DNA of 64,000 bases. It comes from Botryllus schlosseri (taxonomy: Eukaryota). Where the stretch lies: the NCBI GenBank assembly GCA_051294905.1, contig CM119371.1, positions 8,372,001 through 8,436,000 of the forward strand, in the 5' to 3' direction. Position numbers and translations under genes: made by a program. Each line of letters starts with the position of its first letter. Position 1 is the first letter of the stretch. Below the pieces are notes generated by a model. The model was not told the DNA's origin. It worked only from the letters and a program-made list of their open reading frames with translations, and searched no databases. Shown here in pieces: positions 28,274 through 40,807 of this stretch.

Positions 28274-28778
28274 GTATTTTCATGGTTGGGAATATTTATT
28301 ATTGATAACTATGATTTCTTTCATCTGTTTCTTGATGAGCATAAGAAACCGGTGATAACATCAACTGAAAATTATGGTAAATATATTAAATATTTTCATC
28401 ATGTGAACGAAGTTGTTATGTGGATAATATAGAGACATGCGGCGGTTACTACGTCAATAGGATCGAATACGATTGCGATTACTTCTGAATAGCGCGATTA
28501 CGACTACAGGAAGATTCCGAAGTAGTCCATTACGGATACGACGTAATAATGACCGGTAGATCCGGTATTTTACCTTTGTATGACGCAGGACTCCTTTTAT
28601 GCAATGTTGATCCGTTCATGTCTTAATCCTCGTAATCATTGTTATGCACGTAATCTTCATATTCGATTACGATTGAGAATCACGATTACCCCACCTCTGA
28701 TAGCATAAGAAGATAGATAATGACTTGATCGGCAGTATTTTTCTAATGCGCCTATGTAATACTACTTTCCTTTTACAG

Positions 28779-28985
28779 GAGGCAATGGAATACTTAGCTG
28801 CGACGAACAGCTACATGCTAATGCCGTGGTTCTTGAAAGTGAAGCCAACGGCTACTTCCATCAACATCAACTGGCCAGTTTGTCCCATCCATTGACTGAA
28901 ATGCCGCATTCGACGAATGTCCCTGCTATACCAAATATGTTCGCCGTTTCATTCAATTCCAACGAGAATAATATATGTGGCCAGG
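28779..28985 (+). CDS. Divergent forkhead gene, coding exon 2
   Basis: Branch-like TTCTAAT, acceptor CTTTCCTTTTACAG|, 207 nt open in phase 1 to 1 (GNGILSCDEQLHANAVVLESEANG...ICGQ), strong donor CAGG|GTAAG. Confidence 0.75.
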
Positions 28986-29159
28986 GTAAGAAGGTTTTGT
29001 ACTTTTCCTAACATATGATACGGAAATCAAGTCATAAATTTCTACTCAATGATAACTGGAAGTATCGATTTCCGTGACATGTCAAAACGATAACTTCAAA
29101 TTATGGAAGTTGCGAAAACCTGAAAGGTTCTGTTTGGTGTGAAAAAGCGAACTTTTTTG

Positions 29160-31461
29160 AAAGGTTTTGTGTGAACGCGAACGTGAACACGAACCAGACG
29201 CGTCACACTGCTTATTCCAACACTATATTTTCGTAAAGTAGGCAAATACATCAATGTAGTACACGAAACACAGGCCTATAGCGACGACTCGGGCAGCATT
29301 AAGTAGGCATTCTAATAACTTATAAGTATATGCTGACGTTCTCACTAGCACCAAATGTATCAACAATCTATAGATTTAGTAATTAAATTAAATCAAGATC
29401 TTCGGTCGCTTTACCAATAATTTCGATGAGGAATTTCCAGGGAATAGAAAGCTTACGGTTTAACGGTTTAGGAGTCAGAATATTGCTACATTGCTTTTGA
29501 TCAGAGTGAAATCTCTATACTTGCCCCAGATATCACCTCAAAATTAAGTTATGCAGTAGCCAACAACCCAACCGCACGGATTTAGTTCTTATGATACAAT
29601 AAACATATCAAATCATTACACTGGTCAACAAAATAACTTTTTTTTTAGGCAGAACATCTGAGAGTCGTTACTGGGGTTTTTGAGATTGCTGATTACGAAT
29701 ATCACATTAGTTTTGTCAGATTGGCTCTTTGTCAGAAGATATTTATACCCCTAAAAAAGCCCAAAATTACCGAATTAACCCTTGAATATTTTTCTTGGTA
29801 GGAAGAAAAACGTATTGTTTTCTAATTTTATAATGCGCATAAATAGCTAATTGACTATGAAGAACCCTCATGTCATTCCCAGTCATTCCTTCAATATTAA
29901 CATGACATGATGTGAAATATTTGTTATCAAAAAACAGTTTGTCAGGCCTAAAAATTGTACTATTGCAGAACGGAAAAACATATTCTCCTGTATCCATTGG
30001 TCATTCTACCAAGATTAAAGAGGAGTATAAAACTATAAAATTTGTCCTTGAAAGGCCTGACTACAATACTCATATGCAACTCACTTCTTTTGACTGGTAA
30101 ATGGATAATTTTCCGCTGAGTCAGCAAATTGTGTATACCTAGTAACCCTATCAAACGAGAAGCTAAAATCTGGTATCTGGTATATTCGAATACCGATGGA
30201 AGATCCCAATTTCACAATAGGAAGGAGTTCACTGCATGTAATTTTCCCTAAGATGTAGTAAATAAAACTTTTTATATGATCACAAAGCACCCAACTACAA
30301 ACAGTAAGTCCGAAAATTCGTATCTGCATATAGAAAACTTGAGCACAAACATGAGCATAAAAGTTCACTTCCTGTTCAGTCATCTCTACATATTTACTGA
30401 TCATCTTGTTTATTAGCAAGGGGAGAGGTTCTACCAAGACATCAGAACACAAAAGAAAGATATCAGCGCAGATGAGATGAACAATTGAACATATTATGCC
30501 AGACAATTGCCGGAACTTTTCCAGGAACTGCACTAAATAGCTTACAGGCGACAATCAAACAAAAAACAATTGTGATTTAGAATATATCAATAATATTATG
30601 TTCCAACTTATTATTTCAAATTTACAATAACTGGTTGACGTGAAATCGATTGAATTAATGCCACGTTATTTGACTATCTAAGTAAATAGTTATATACATG
30701 ACTGGAGTTCATTTATGTACATGATATCCGTGAAAGTCAACTATGATAAATCAATTACCCCTAAATATAGTGCTGTTGCTGTATTCTGATTTAAAAGAGT
30801 CTTCCGTGTGTAAAAATAACAAGCAGATAGAATTTCTAAACTTTATAATACCACTGAGCCGATTTTATATCTAGTCATTGTCGCGAAAATGGGAGATTTT
30901 GGTCAAAATAGCCCCATGGTTTATATCCACAAGAAGAGCCAATTTGAAAAAAACAAGGTCATATTCGGAATCAGTGACCTTCAGAACCCCCAAAACCACT
31001 TCTACTTTGTCTGCCTAAAAATATGCGTTGACCTGTGTTATAGATCCCGTATAGGCCTACGCCTGCTCGACTTTTTATATTAGACCACGATGCATAATAT
31101 TAATTCCGTTGATGTCGACCGTAGATAAAACGGTCATTTCGTGCCAAACTCACAGGAGAGAGTCACTAATATCGTCAAAAACGGTAAGCTGAATATTTCG
31201 AGCAAACTTTTCTAACAAAACCTTTGACATGGGCAAGCTGCATGCTCGTTTAGTGCTTAATTCATGTTCGTGCTGTCGGCGCCATGCAGAGAGTAGTGCG
31301 AAGTTGAAATGCGCAGAATATCAGTTTAAAATGTTATAATGAGTTGGAAAATTGTCATAAATGGAAAAGGTTTACAGTGCAGAGCCTATCAAGGTTCTTT
31401 TGCGAGCGCGGACGTTCACACACATAACGCAAACGTGAACCTCACGTTCACACCATCCCCA
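29160..31461. mobile_element. Second copy of the 19140-20279 MITE family (intronic), split by a Chapaev3 insertion
   Basis: GTGAACGCGAACGTGAAC motifs at both ends and right end GTTCACACCATCCCCA. Internal homology to 19780-20200 on both sides of the insertion. Confidence 0.75.
29619..31037 (+). mobile_element. Chapaev3-type DNA transposon, internally deleted and decayed
   Basis: Termini CACTGGTCAAC / GTTGACCTGTG with 3-bp TSD TTA on both sides. Transposase relics LKIVLLQNGKTYSPVSIGHSTKIKEEY, LSNEKLKSGI, NMSIKVHFLFSHL and QGERFYQDI. Confidence 0.9.
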
Positions 31462-31966
31462 CATCAAATAGAACTTATGTCGATTTGGTCGACACCTTTA
31501 GCAGATAGTCATAGATAGTTTCTTTTCAAATTATAAGGTGCTTCATTGCGATAGAAGCGCAGTCACTAGGGAGCGTACAAAATCGGAAAATATATGAATT
31601 TACCTTGATGAAGTTGCTATTTTGCCCATTTGCTTTCACCATTCCAAAAATATAATCGATCAAAACATATCCACACTATCCACTAAAAAAATTACCAAGT
31701 AAAAAAGTAAATATGTTTGAAGAAAGCTGTGGAGCTGGTGTAGAGGTTATATAAAAACATGTCCACTTCAGTAGGTAGCAAGACTACGTAAAGCCTACTC
31801 TGATAGTGCAAAAAAGTGAAAGTATGTACTTCGTCACTGACCACTGGCTATTTATGAGTACATGCCAGACATATATATTAAATACAATCTATGCTACATT
31901 GTAAAGCCGTGTCACGATATCTTCTCTTATTAGTAATTTCGATAACAACAAATTATTTGGGTTCAG

Positions 31967-32296
31967 ACGCGGAGGAGGAAGTGCAGCAGGAGCTTAAACT
32001 CCCAAAAGCCGCAGACATCAATCCAGGCCATATCGCAGGAGTCGACGATGTATACTACGAAGTATACGAAGTATTGAATGCGTCAGAAAAAAGGAGGCTT
32101 GATCTCCCTGGGCATCCATCTGAAGCTAAACTTCGAGAATTGCAGATCAGGATCAACACTAAAGAAATGAGCTTCACTGACTGTCTGATAAAAGCGCGGT
32201 CACCGAAAAGGAGAAAGAGGCAAAAGCTGGGCTCTCATACTTCCTGAAAATCTGGAATCAACGTGTAATCAGAGGTGGTCACTGGTCAGGATCGAA
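31967..32296 (+). CDS. Divergent forkhead gene, coding exon 3 (putative degenerate first forkhead domain; 1-nt frameshift near 32206-32209)
   Basis: Phase-1 acceptor GTTCAG|. Reads ...VYEVLNASEKRRLDLPG...KEMSFTDCLIKARSPK and, after skipping one A, GERGKSWALILPENLESTCNQRWSLVRIE up to a phase-0 donor GAA|GTACAT. Confidence 0.6.
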
Positions 32297-32367
32297 GTAC
32301 ATCCATTGTTTTACAATAGTAGATAAATTCCAACTGCTTTCGCTGACTGGCCTGTTTGTCGTTTCAG

Positions 32368-32423
32368 GCTATTTCGATATCAACCAACTTCAAACCATTT
32401 TGCTTTCTAGATTTAGTCAAGAA
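32368..32423 (+). CDS. Divergent forkhead gene, coding exon 4 (56 nt)
   Basis: Preceded by a 71-nt intron with branch GCTGAC and TTTGTCGTTTCAG|. Reads AISISTNFKPFCFLDLVK. The phase-2 donor AA|GTAAAT matches the next exon. Confidence 0.6.
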
Positions 32424-33022
32424 GTAAATAGTTGTCAGTTAAATGTGCGTCACTTTTGGCGGTGCCCACCATTAAATTATTCACCAATCCTGTCCCTGTA
32501 TCACGGTTACAATAAATACAGGGAATTTTGACTATTTCATGTATTTCCGTCGCCAAAAGTCTTATTGAATTTGTAACAAAGATGCATTTTCGTAAGATTT
32601 TTTTTCGTGGGAATGAGCGGAATTAAAATATTCAACGTCCCGTCTGAACCTAATCATTAAATCCATTTACTTGAGCACTTCGACTTTTACGACCACTCCA
32701 AAGAATCCTTATATGTCTCACAATTACTTAGTTTACTTTTGATTGAGCAAAACGCTACGCCAATACTTGTATTATATGCATTCTACTCATGTAGTCAACA
32801 CGACTAGTTTTGAAAGCTATACGGGATAGTGGTTAAAGTAGCTACTGCGGATACCACACCGCTGCATGTAGATTGTTTAGTCTCTGAAATCTCAAATCCG
32901 ACACATATCGAAATCAATTAGTAAATCTTAAATAAGATTGATTATTTACCTCACTTTCCTTTCACTCGTACATGAATAGATTTAAACTGAAATGGGAATT
33001 CGAAATATGTTGCTTTTTGCAG

Positions 33023-33278
33023 CGATAATGGGGGCAAGCGCAGATACGGTACAAGGATCGCATACTCAATTGAAGACGGCATACTCAACATACTCCTCGG
33101 AGAAACAGCCGCCATGGCGGCATTCAATCCTTTTTTGAAGCCGCCTGTAACGTACGACATCCTCATATACCTCGCTTTCAAGATGGAGAACTCTGACAGC
33201 ATGGAAAATAGCGATATTTACCGCAATATCATGGAAATATTTCCGTATTACGGCGACTCGAAAAAAAAGACATTCAAG
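33023..33278 (+). CDS. Divergent forkhead gene, coding exon 5 (forkhead helices 1-2)
   Basis: Acceptor TTGCTTTTTGCAG|. KPPVTYDILIYLAFKMENSDSMENSDIYRNIMEIFPYYGDSKKKTFK aligns to the forkhead consensus KPPYSYIALI.MAI...LSEIY.FIM..FPYY....GWK. Donor AAG|GTAAAT. Confidence 0.88.
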
Positions 33279-33520
33279 GTAAATAAAATCAACCCATCTG
33301 TTTTAATGCTACTCATGCTAGGACATATAGTATCCTTTCATTGATTTTTATTGTTTGTGACTGTTCCATCTACGGCTACGCAATCGTTGTATAATAATAG
33401 ACTCCACACGAAAATAGTGATCACGATATACCTGGCATTTACTATGTGGAATATTGCGATCCCAGATCATCTGAATTGGTTTGTTCCCCGTTTAACAAGT
33501 TTGATTACTGTCTGTTTCAG

Positions 33521-33701
33521 AGCAGTGTACGTAATCGTTTGAGCGACGCAAGCAAAAAAGCTATGCCAAAAATCCTCTACCGCAAGATACGCTCAAGCTT
33601 ATGGGCTGTCTCAGACGAGGCGAAACTGAAGAAAGACTTGCTCGCTATTCTCCGTGACGACAAGAAACTACTTCAGATGCGAAATGCGATACGTCAAACA
33701 A
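33521..33701 (+). CDS. Divergent forkhead gene, coding exon 6 (recognition helix and wing)
   Basis: Acceptor CTGTTTCAG|, phase 0. SSVRNRLS corresponds to NSVRHNLS, followed by ...SSLWAVSDEAKLKKDL...MRNAIRQT. Donor A|GTATGA, phase 1. Confidence 0.85.
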
Positions 33702-34025
33702 GTATGACACATTTTCACGTTACCCAGTATAGACATGTGATATCCTTGTATGTGTGCTCAAGAGAATCATTGGTTTGTAGTAGGCCTTATACATATATTT
33801 TAGTGAAGTTTGTATACCGTAGTAAAGATATGCCTGAATGGATTTGTGATTATTGATGGATGCATCAAATGACTTTTGAATCTTTTGAAATCTTCGTAGG
33901 TCCCACGTCACCCAGACCATATCATGTCTTGTGATACGACGCTATGTTGAATGTATTCTGTTAATTATTGCTTGTGAGTCACCTGGATAAATTTGACATC
34001 GTTTTATGTACCATTCAAATTTCAG

Positions 34026-34099
34026 ATGCTGCCGTTCGTCGCATTTTCGAAGGCGACGACCAACTGCGATGTTTTGTCCCGACACTATTCGTGGACTGA
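34026..34099 (+). CDS. Divergent forkhead gene, terminal coding exon 7
   Basis: Acceptor AATTTCAG|, phase 1. Reads (N)AAVRRIFEGDDQLRCFVPTLFVD*. A diverged copy at 36828 conserves the acceptor and much of the peptide. Confidence 0.7.
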
Positions 34100-34932
34100 C
34101 TGGTCGACGACGTGATTTAATTTCAGAAATTGGCCATTGGAAAGCAATCCCGCTAAATATGAACCAGCAATCAGCAGCCTCACATAAGAAAATACCGCAA
34201 GTTCCAAGGGAAGTGCAATTATATCGCATAGGTTCCAATTACATAAGTTGTAAGTTACCCACACGGGCATTAGCGATGAGTGATGCATCATATAGTCCTT
34301 CCATCGCGAAAGCTAGGGCCTTGAAAATGTGGGATTGCGACGATAACGATGTAGCCTAAATCTAGAACCGTAATTGGTTATTTTTCAGTGGTCATTTCCC
34401 AATGCACATGAAATCGCTTGAGTTTTGCATATCGCATTTTGCATTCCTTTACGGGCACCTAAATATGTTTTTGATTTTTTTTTTCGAGATACATTGGAGC
34501 TTGATAAACGCAGAGGAAGAGTTGGATTGCTAAAAAAGAAAGCAGTTGCACGGATGTAGAAAGGGGCACAGTCCTTGATGTCTTAATGCCTGTCTATATG
34601 TGTCACTGTGGTCGTCTGTAACGAAGTAATTCCCACATGTCAGAATATTTGAGTAGGCTATACTATCATTGCATTCGCTCAAAGGAATGTTACTAAAGCC
34701 ATAATTCTTGACACATTGCATATGAGAGCAAATATATTTGCTATCCAAAAAGATACAAAAAAAGCTGCAAGGCAGGAGTGTCAAACTTTGCTTGGGTCGT
34801 GGGCCGTATTAAAATCTTTTAATCGCTGGCGGGCCGTACCAGTCAAATGAAGGCAAATTGTCACCTCCAGATCCATACCCATGCTTTACATTGTAATACT
34901 TGATTATTTGTCAGGCATATATACATAATCGT

Positions 34933-35442
34933 TAAGGCTGGGCACAACGATTCGAGTACTCGAATCTGAAACGAGCATTAATTTTAATGATTCGAGTCGA
35001 CTAGTAAAGGACGATTTTTCGAGTACTGGAATTGCACGCTCTTCGCCACTGAAAGTTAATTTATCAACGAGAATGTAGTTTTGATATTATTTTCCAATGT
35101 CGAAGGCTTGAAACCTTGATTGACCGGATCGAAGCACACGAAATATATAGTACAAAGCTACCAACGCTACTGGAAATAACACATTTCCGAAGTCATAATC
35201 ATCCCGTAGCATTGTCGCAAAGTGCAATGATATCGGTAGACGGTCGAAAAAATACTACAGCATCTTTAATGTGATGGAAACTTGCATTATATTCTTTGTT
35301 GTGGCATAATAGGTAAATATTTGACGTTTTACATATCGCTTTCCGTTATGACGTCATAATGAGCGATACTTGAATACTCGACTCGACGCAAATACATGAT
35401 TCAGTATTGGGTTACTAAGGTACTCGATTTTGCTCAGCCCCA
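34933..35442. mobile_element. hAT MITE (TAGGGCTGGGCA family), older copy of 55786-56199
   Basis: Co-linear similarity with 55786-56199. Ends TAAGGCTGGGCA / TGCTCAGCCCCA. It lies inside another degenerate hAT MITE starting CAGGAGTGTCAAAC at 34773. Confidence 0.8.
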
Positions 35443-36827
35443 TTAGTATAACACGGATCGTAGGAGCTCTATTGTAGCAACACCTTTATTCGCAAGCAAT
35501 GGAAATGGCCAAGATACGATTATTTGCAGATTAAATACATTATAAACCGCTAAATATATGGTTCTAGCGGTAATACAAGTTGACGTATTTCTATATGCAC
35601 CCTTTGATTTAGTCGTGATGTGGCGTTAGACCAGCCCTGCGTATACGACTATGCGTGATGAGGAATACAAAAGATCTCGAGAGATATTTTCCATCGGAAG
35701 TTATATAGCAGTGCCTCCACGGATTCCCTGCGAACTGTTTTAATCTCCAGGTAACCTGCATATAATGGTTTCTCATTGGCGTTTTCACTTCTGTGAATAA
35801 CTACTTTTTGTCCGTTTTTTTTTTCTTCATAAAACTATGCAGCCAGAGTGCACTTTTTTGTCTCCTCGGAATTTAGTGTCAATGTAACCGATTTGTTTCT
35901 AATGGCGACTAGACTCACTAAAGTGAAACTGCAACCCTGCCGTCGTGTGGTATTAATATGGCACATTTTCGATATTTCCTGTTTTGATGCTTGTTTAATG
36001 GAATTATTTCGTACTAAATATCTCAACATTTGTTGGAAATGTGCTGGATAATACAAGCATTTCCAATCTACTCAGAATTGCTTCACGGGCTGGATGAAAT
36101 CGTCTTTCCGGCCGTATGTTCAAGTATAATAGATGACACCATAAGAAAGTACTAACACGATATAGCAGATCTGCTATTTCTGACTCAAATTGCTTCTCAT
36201 TAAAAATTTGAATCTACATAATGAAAGTTGCACATCTTCTTCGCGCCTCCTTACCTTTATTGGCGATATTGCATAGTAGCATCCGGCAACTCCTGAATGA
36301 AGGAAGGAAAATGGCGAAGAGCGAAAATACGCTACCGCAAGGTACACCGATCGAGTCCATGGTCTATTTCAAACGCGGCGGAATGAAAGATAGCCCTACT
36401 CATTTTCCTCAACGATCAGAAAATTGTACTTCAAATGCGAAAAGCGATCTGTAAAATTAGTATTCCTATTTGACTCATTCATTGTGGCCATTTCGTTTTG
36501 ATTTCTATAGAGAGTGGATGGATGGTTTGTAAGTAGTAACGATAACTGTACGAATCGGTTATTAATTTAATTGTATAATTGTTTAGTTGTAAATCAGGTC
36601 TCAATTTACATTTTTAATAGTTCATGGATGCATGGAATGGCAGTATTCTGCATTCTACGACGTTTTTAACGCTGCGGAGGTCTAACATCGATAAAACTAT
36701 CATATACTTGACAATACGGTGATATGTGTATTGTGCTTTGTCGGTACCTACATTCATACAACTCCTCTGTGGCTTTATGATATATTTGCGTGGAATTACG
36801 CGATGCTCAATGTTTCTCAAATTTCAG

Positions 36828-36900
36828 ATGCTGCCGTCCAGGATTCTCGGTGGGAACAACCAATATCTAAGTTTTGTTTCGGCGCTATTCGTGGATTGTC
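36828..36900 (+). pseudogene. Frameshifted duplicate of the forkhead gene terminal exon
   Basis: TCAAATTTCAG|ATGCTGCCGT is identical to 34015-34035. Peptide AAV-RILGGNNQYLSFVSALFVD versus AAVRRIFEGDDQLRCFVPTLFVD, with a 2-nt deletion. Confidence 0.75.
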
Positions 36901-39176
36901 GACCAATGACAAGATTACATTTCGCAACCACAGGAACAAAATGCATGTTATTTGAACCAACAACCAACAGCATTAGTAGGCAAAAGGCAGCGTAGCAAAG
37001 CAAAGACGATTGCATGGCATAGGCTCCATTGGATGTCAGTTTGCCTAAGTTATTCATCTTTGTGATGGCGGTGATAATTTTTAAATAAACTTTTCCCTCA
37101 ATGTGGCGACTTTTGACTACATTTTTTGGGTATCAGATATCTTGGTGCGTTGTTGTTACATCTGTTTCGTGTATATTCATGATGTAACCAAGCAGTGGTA
37201 ACAGTGGGCAAAATCACCGTGGGTGCGTTTTGACAGAAATTTTAGTTTACATGAACATTATTATTTTTGACGATAATTACAATTAATGAAGAGTTTCATG
37301 TACCTCTGAGGTTGAAATTACTTCCGGTTCAGAGAATTCAGTTTGTGATTCTTAATCTTCGATTTAACCGAGTTAAAATTTCTCGGGATTAACTATAAAC
37401 GAGTTATCCGTCCTCCATTATATGGTACCTGAGCACGTTCCACGTATTAAAAACGGAATGCTTTCTGGTACATCCGTGAAATCTCTATCGATAACAACAT
37501 GCAGTTCAGCAGTTGGCAATGCAGTTTGGTATAGTTTACAATTCATATTACCATGTCTGTGAGCGAAAGCTGCGACTAATGTACGGCTAAGCCTATTTTG
37601 TGCTCCAGATGACAGTACGTGTTGATTCACTGCGGTCCCATGCTCCATCGTAACTAATTAATGCATAGCGCTTGTGTTAGGACATTTTATGGGTAAAGAT
37701 AATCGGCAAATGAGCAGCATTCAGGTTTTTCCAAAACACTGGCAATAGGAATATGCCGTTATCGATCTGTTAGTGAATTGCGCTACCACCGATCAGTATT
37801 ATTCCGCCTCACTTCTATTTTCGAGCTATATGTCATCAATATATTTGAAAATTGCCGAACGTGACTATTTTTCAAAAACGTCATATTTGTGTTTCAAAAC
37901 GAAAACACATCGAGTAACTTGCGCAAGATGGAAGACACAGTGAACATTCAAGATGAGTCGAGCCACATTGTAGAAGCAGTGCGAAATCTCATCTAAAGAA
38001 GTACAATTCGATATCTATGGAATGTCAAGACTTGGTTATAATGTGGCGAAATGAAACCCATCCATCAAATGTTTTCGCCGTTCACAATGTGACAATAACC
38101 TAGATACAAGAATTAACGCAGGGTATAAACAAGTCGGTGGGCCAAAGACGCTAGTAAATGTCCGGTCATGACTCTGCAAGGGAGAGAAATAATATCTTAA
38201 CATACCCAACGGTACACTCTTCAATATCCTGAAAGACACGTCTCGTGATCTGCGTACAAGTGAAGCCAATAGCTCTGTATATTTCCGCGTCCCAATATTT
38301 CGTTACTGAAATCTATCGCAGCAGCATCACAGAAAAATAATCTATTTTAGTTGATCAAATATTATTTACGAGTAACCGGATTTCTCGTCCGCTAAAACTT
38401 CCGAATTCTCGTCCGCTAATATAAACTTTGTAACTTGTAATATGTGTCCTCTTTCCCGATCTTGAAATATGATAACCATAGAAATCATGTGCAGGACCAT
38501 CAATTTACCATGCCAGTATTAAAGAACAATTATATCACACATTAATTTTGGGAAAAAACAGTTTCCGTTGTCACGATACCAAAACCTTACGTTTCCTTCC
38601 TCTTGACGTCTTATTAAAGTTTCCTAATTGCTGACAACAGGAAAGATGTGAACAATTGACCGTCAAGGAACAAACATAATTACGAATGCCTACATTCAGC
38701 AGTCCGCCAGCAGAAATCGATCAATCATCACAGAAACTTTACTGAAGGCGCTGATGTATATCGACGACGTCACCAGTATCATCGTCTTCAAAGTTGTCAT
38801 CTATTGCCGAACCTGACCTAAGCTGGCCCAGAGCACTGAATATTTTCGAAATAATACGGAAGCAGCATCCATTTTTATTGAATGTCACTAGGATTAGTCC
38901 TCGTTCTTAGTCACCAAATAGTCATTACGCATATTAAATCATGTTTAAATCAGGTCCTCATGCTAAATAATATTGAAAATTTATTCATAGCAAAATTAAA
39001 AGTATTGCCGAAATAGAATTATGACAAAAATCGACGGCACTGACAACTGATTTTGAGCCTTAAGCAAGATTCTTTCTGGATTTTGACAGCAGGATAATAT
39101 TGCATATCAGCACGGCATATGAAGTGAATCCAACATGTTTATATAACACGTTATGATTGGTACTGTATGTCGACAC

Positions 39177-40807
39177 CAGAGTTGGATCAATTGTAATTTG
39201 TAATTGAGCTGAATGTAATTACATACATTTTTTCATGTAATTGTAATTGTAATTGAAGCATTTCGATTTTGTGTACTTGTAATTGTAATTGTAATTTGAT
39301 GAAAATTTTGCTTAATTACAATTTCAATTACATTGTTATGGAAACATGAGAATCACAACATAAAATGATCAATCAATCATTTATTCGTCACACCAGTGAA
39401 AATCCGGTACGGGCCAGGATGATGACGAGGGGCCTTAAGGCCTTGGTACACAGTCGCCACCTGTAATAATAAGCCTATTTACATCGGTGTTCTATGCGTG
39501 CCGCGTTATAAGTAGATAATTCAGCCATGCTAAACTGTTTCCCATACTTCAGTAGCAACAGAAAACTTTGCGAATTACATTATAGGCTAAACCAGTGGTT
39601 CTCAAACTGGGGGGGGGGGGGGGGCGTGCCCCCCTTGGACGGGTTGAAAGCATCTGAAGGGGGCGCGAAGCTCCGGTGAACTGAATTTTTTTCCCGCGCT
39701 TGGCGTGCTTCACCTTTATTTTATAGCTATTGTGATGTGTATCGTTCGAATTTCATATTGGAGAATTCTCTCATCAACAGTCATAACCTTCCATACCATC
39801 AAACTTTATCTGTAAGAATTCCTAACATTCTGGTTTCATTGTGTGATATGACGATAAGTGGGGCACGAAATATTGCACTGTCATAAAAGGGGCGTGTCTA
39901 AAAAAATTAGAGAATGGGTGGGCTAAGCTAAATCCTAATATTTCAAAAATGAATGAACGACAAATAAACTCTTCTGAAACCTGTTCTGAACCATTTCCTA
40001 CACCACGGCCAGAGTTTTATATTTAAATCTCGGACCAGTACCGAGGCTTGCTGCAACAATTGCAAAAAGAAATTCAAGTTTCCAACAAAGGCTTCATCAA
40101 ACTTGATCACGCATTTGTTGAGATGTTATCCCAATCTTACCTCCAATCTTGGCCAAATTTACTGGGGCCAGAAATTTTCGCACCCTAATATGTTCATCAA
40201 ATGCAATCTAACAGTTTACGGGCAAGTGAAAATGTAAATGCGAACCAAAATGTTGTAATTAGTAGTTATCACGAGGTTCTTTCCTTTTGCATGTATTTTA
40301 ATTTTATACATCTTATCGGTATCATCCTTATCGCTGACGCCTTACCAATTACATTTCATTATCCTCACTTAGCTCTGAGTAGCCTAATCGTTTGATTACA
40401 TTTTATTGACTATCCTGTAGCCTATTCGCTGTTGGTCGCTCAAACTTTTGGCCGGTACCAGTCGCTTGAAATATTTTTCTGTGTTTGTAGTGTTCAGTAC
40501 TCATGATTAGGAATAGTTCGAATACGTTCGAGTTTTTTAATTAAACGGTATTCTACGTATCATGAATGAAACACGAATAGCTTGAGATTGTTGCTAATTA
40601 CGTCGCTAAGGTTATCAAAGAACACCTCTCTACCGATTCAATTACATGTTCAGCAAAAATTGTAATTGTATATATTACATTTTAACAGTAATTGTAATTG
40701 TAATTATAATTTGATATTTTTAGCATTGAGTAATTGTAATTGTAATGTAATTGAGGGAGTAATTGCAATTGTAATTGAACTGAATTATTGTAATTGATCC
40801 AACTCTG
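39177..40807. mobile_element. hAT-like element with (TGTAAT)n subterminal arrays
   Basis: Perfect TIR CAGAGTTGGATCAATT / AATTGATCCAACTCTG. Perfect 8-bp TSD GTCGACAC. Confidence 0.92.
39593..39920. mobile_element. hAT MITE nested in 39177-40807
   Basis: Left end CAGTGGTTCTCAAAC, degenerate right end, TSD GGCTAAAC / GGCTAAGC. Confidence 0.7.

Noticed and set aside
31990..32247. AP-2-like reading of the exon-3 peptide, and an alternative frame (LSDKSAVTEKEKEAKAGLSYFLKIW) spliced directly to exon 5
   Set aside because: The forkhead reading explains more residues and uses the well-formed 71-nt intron and exon 4. The alternative is not formally excluded.
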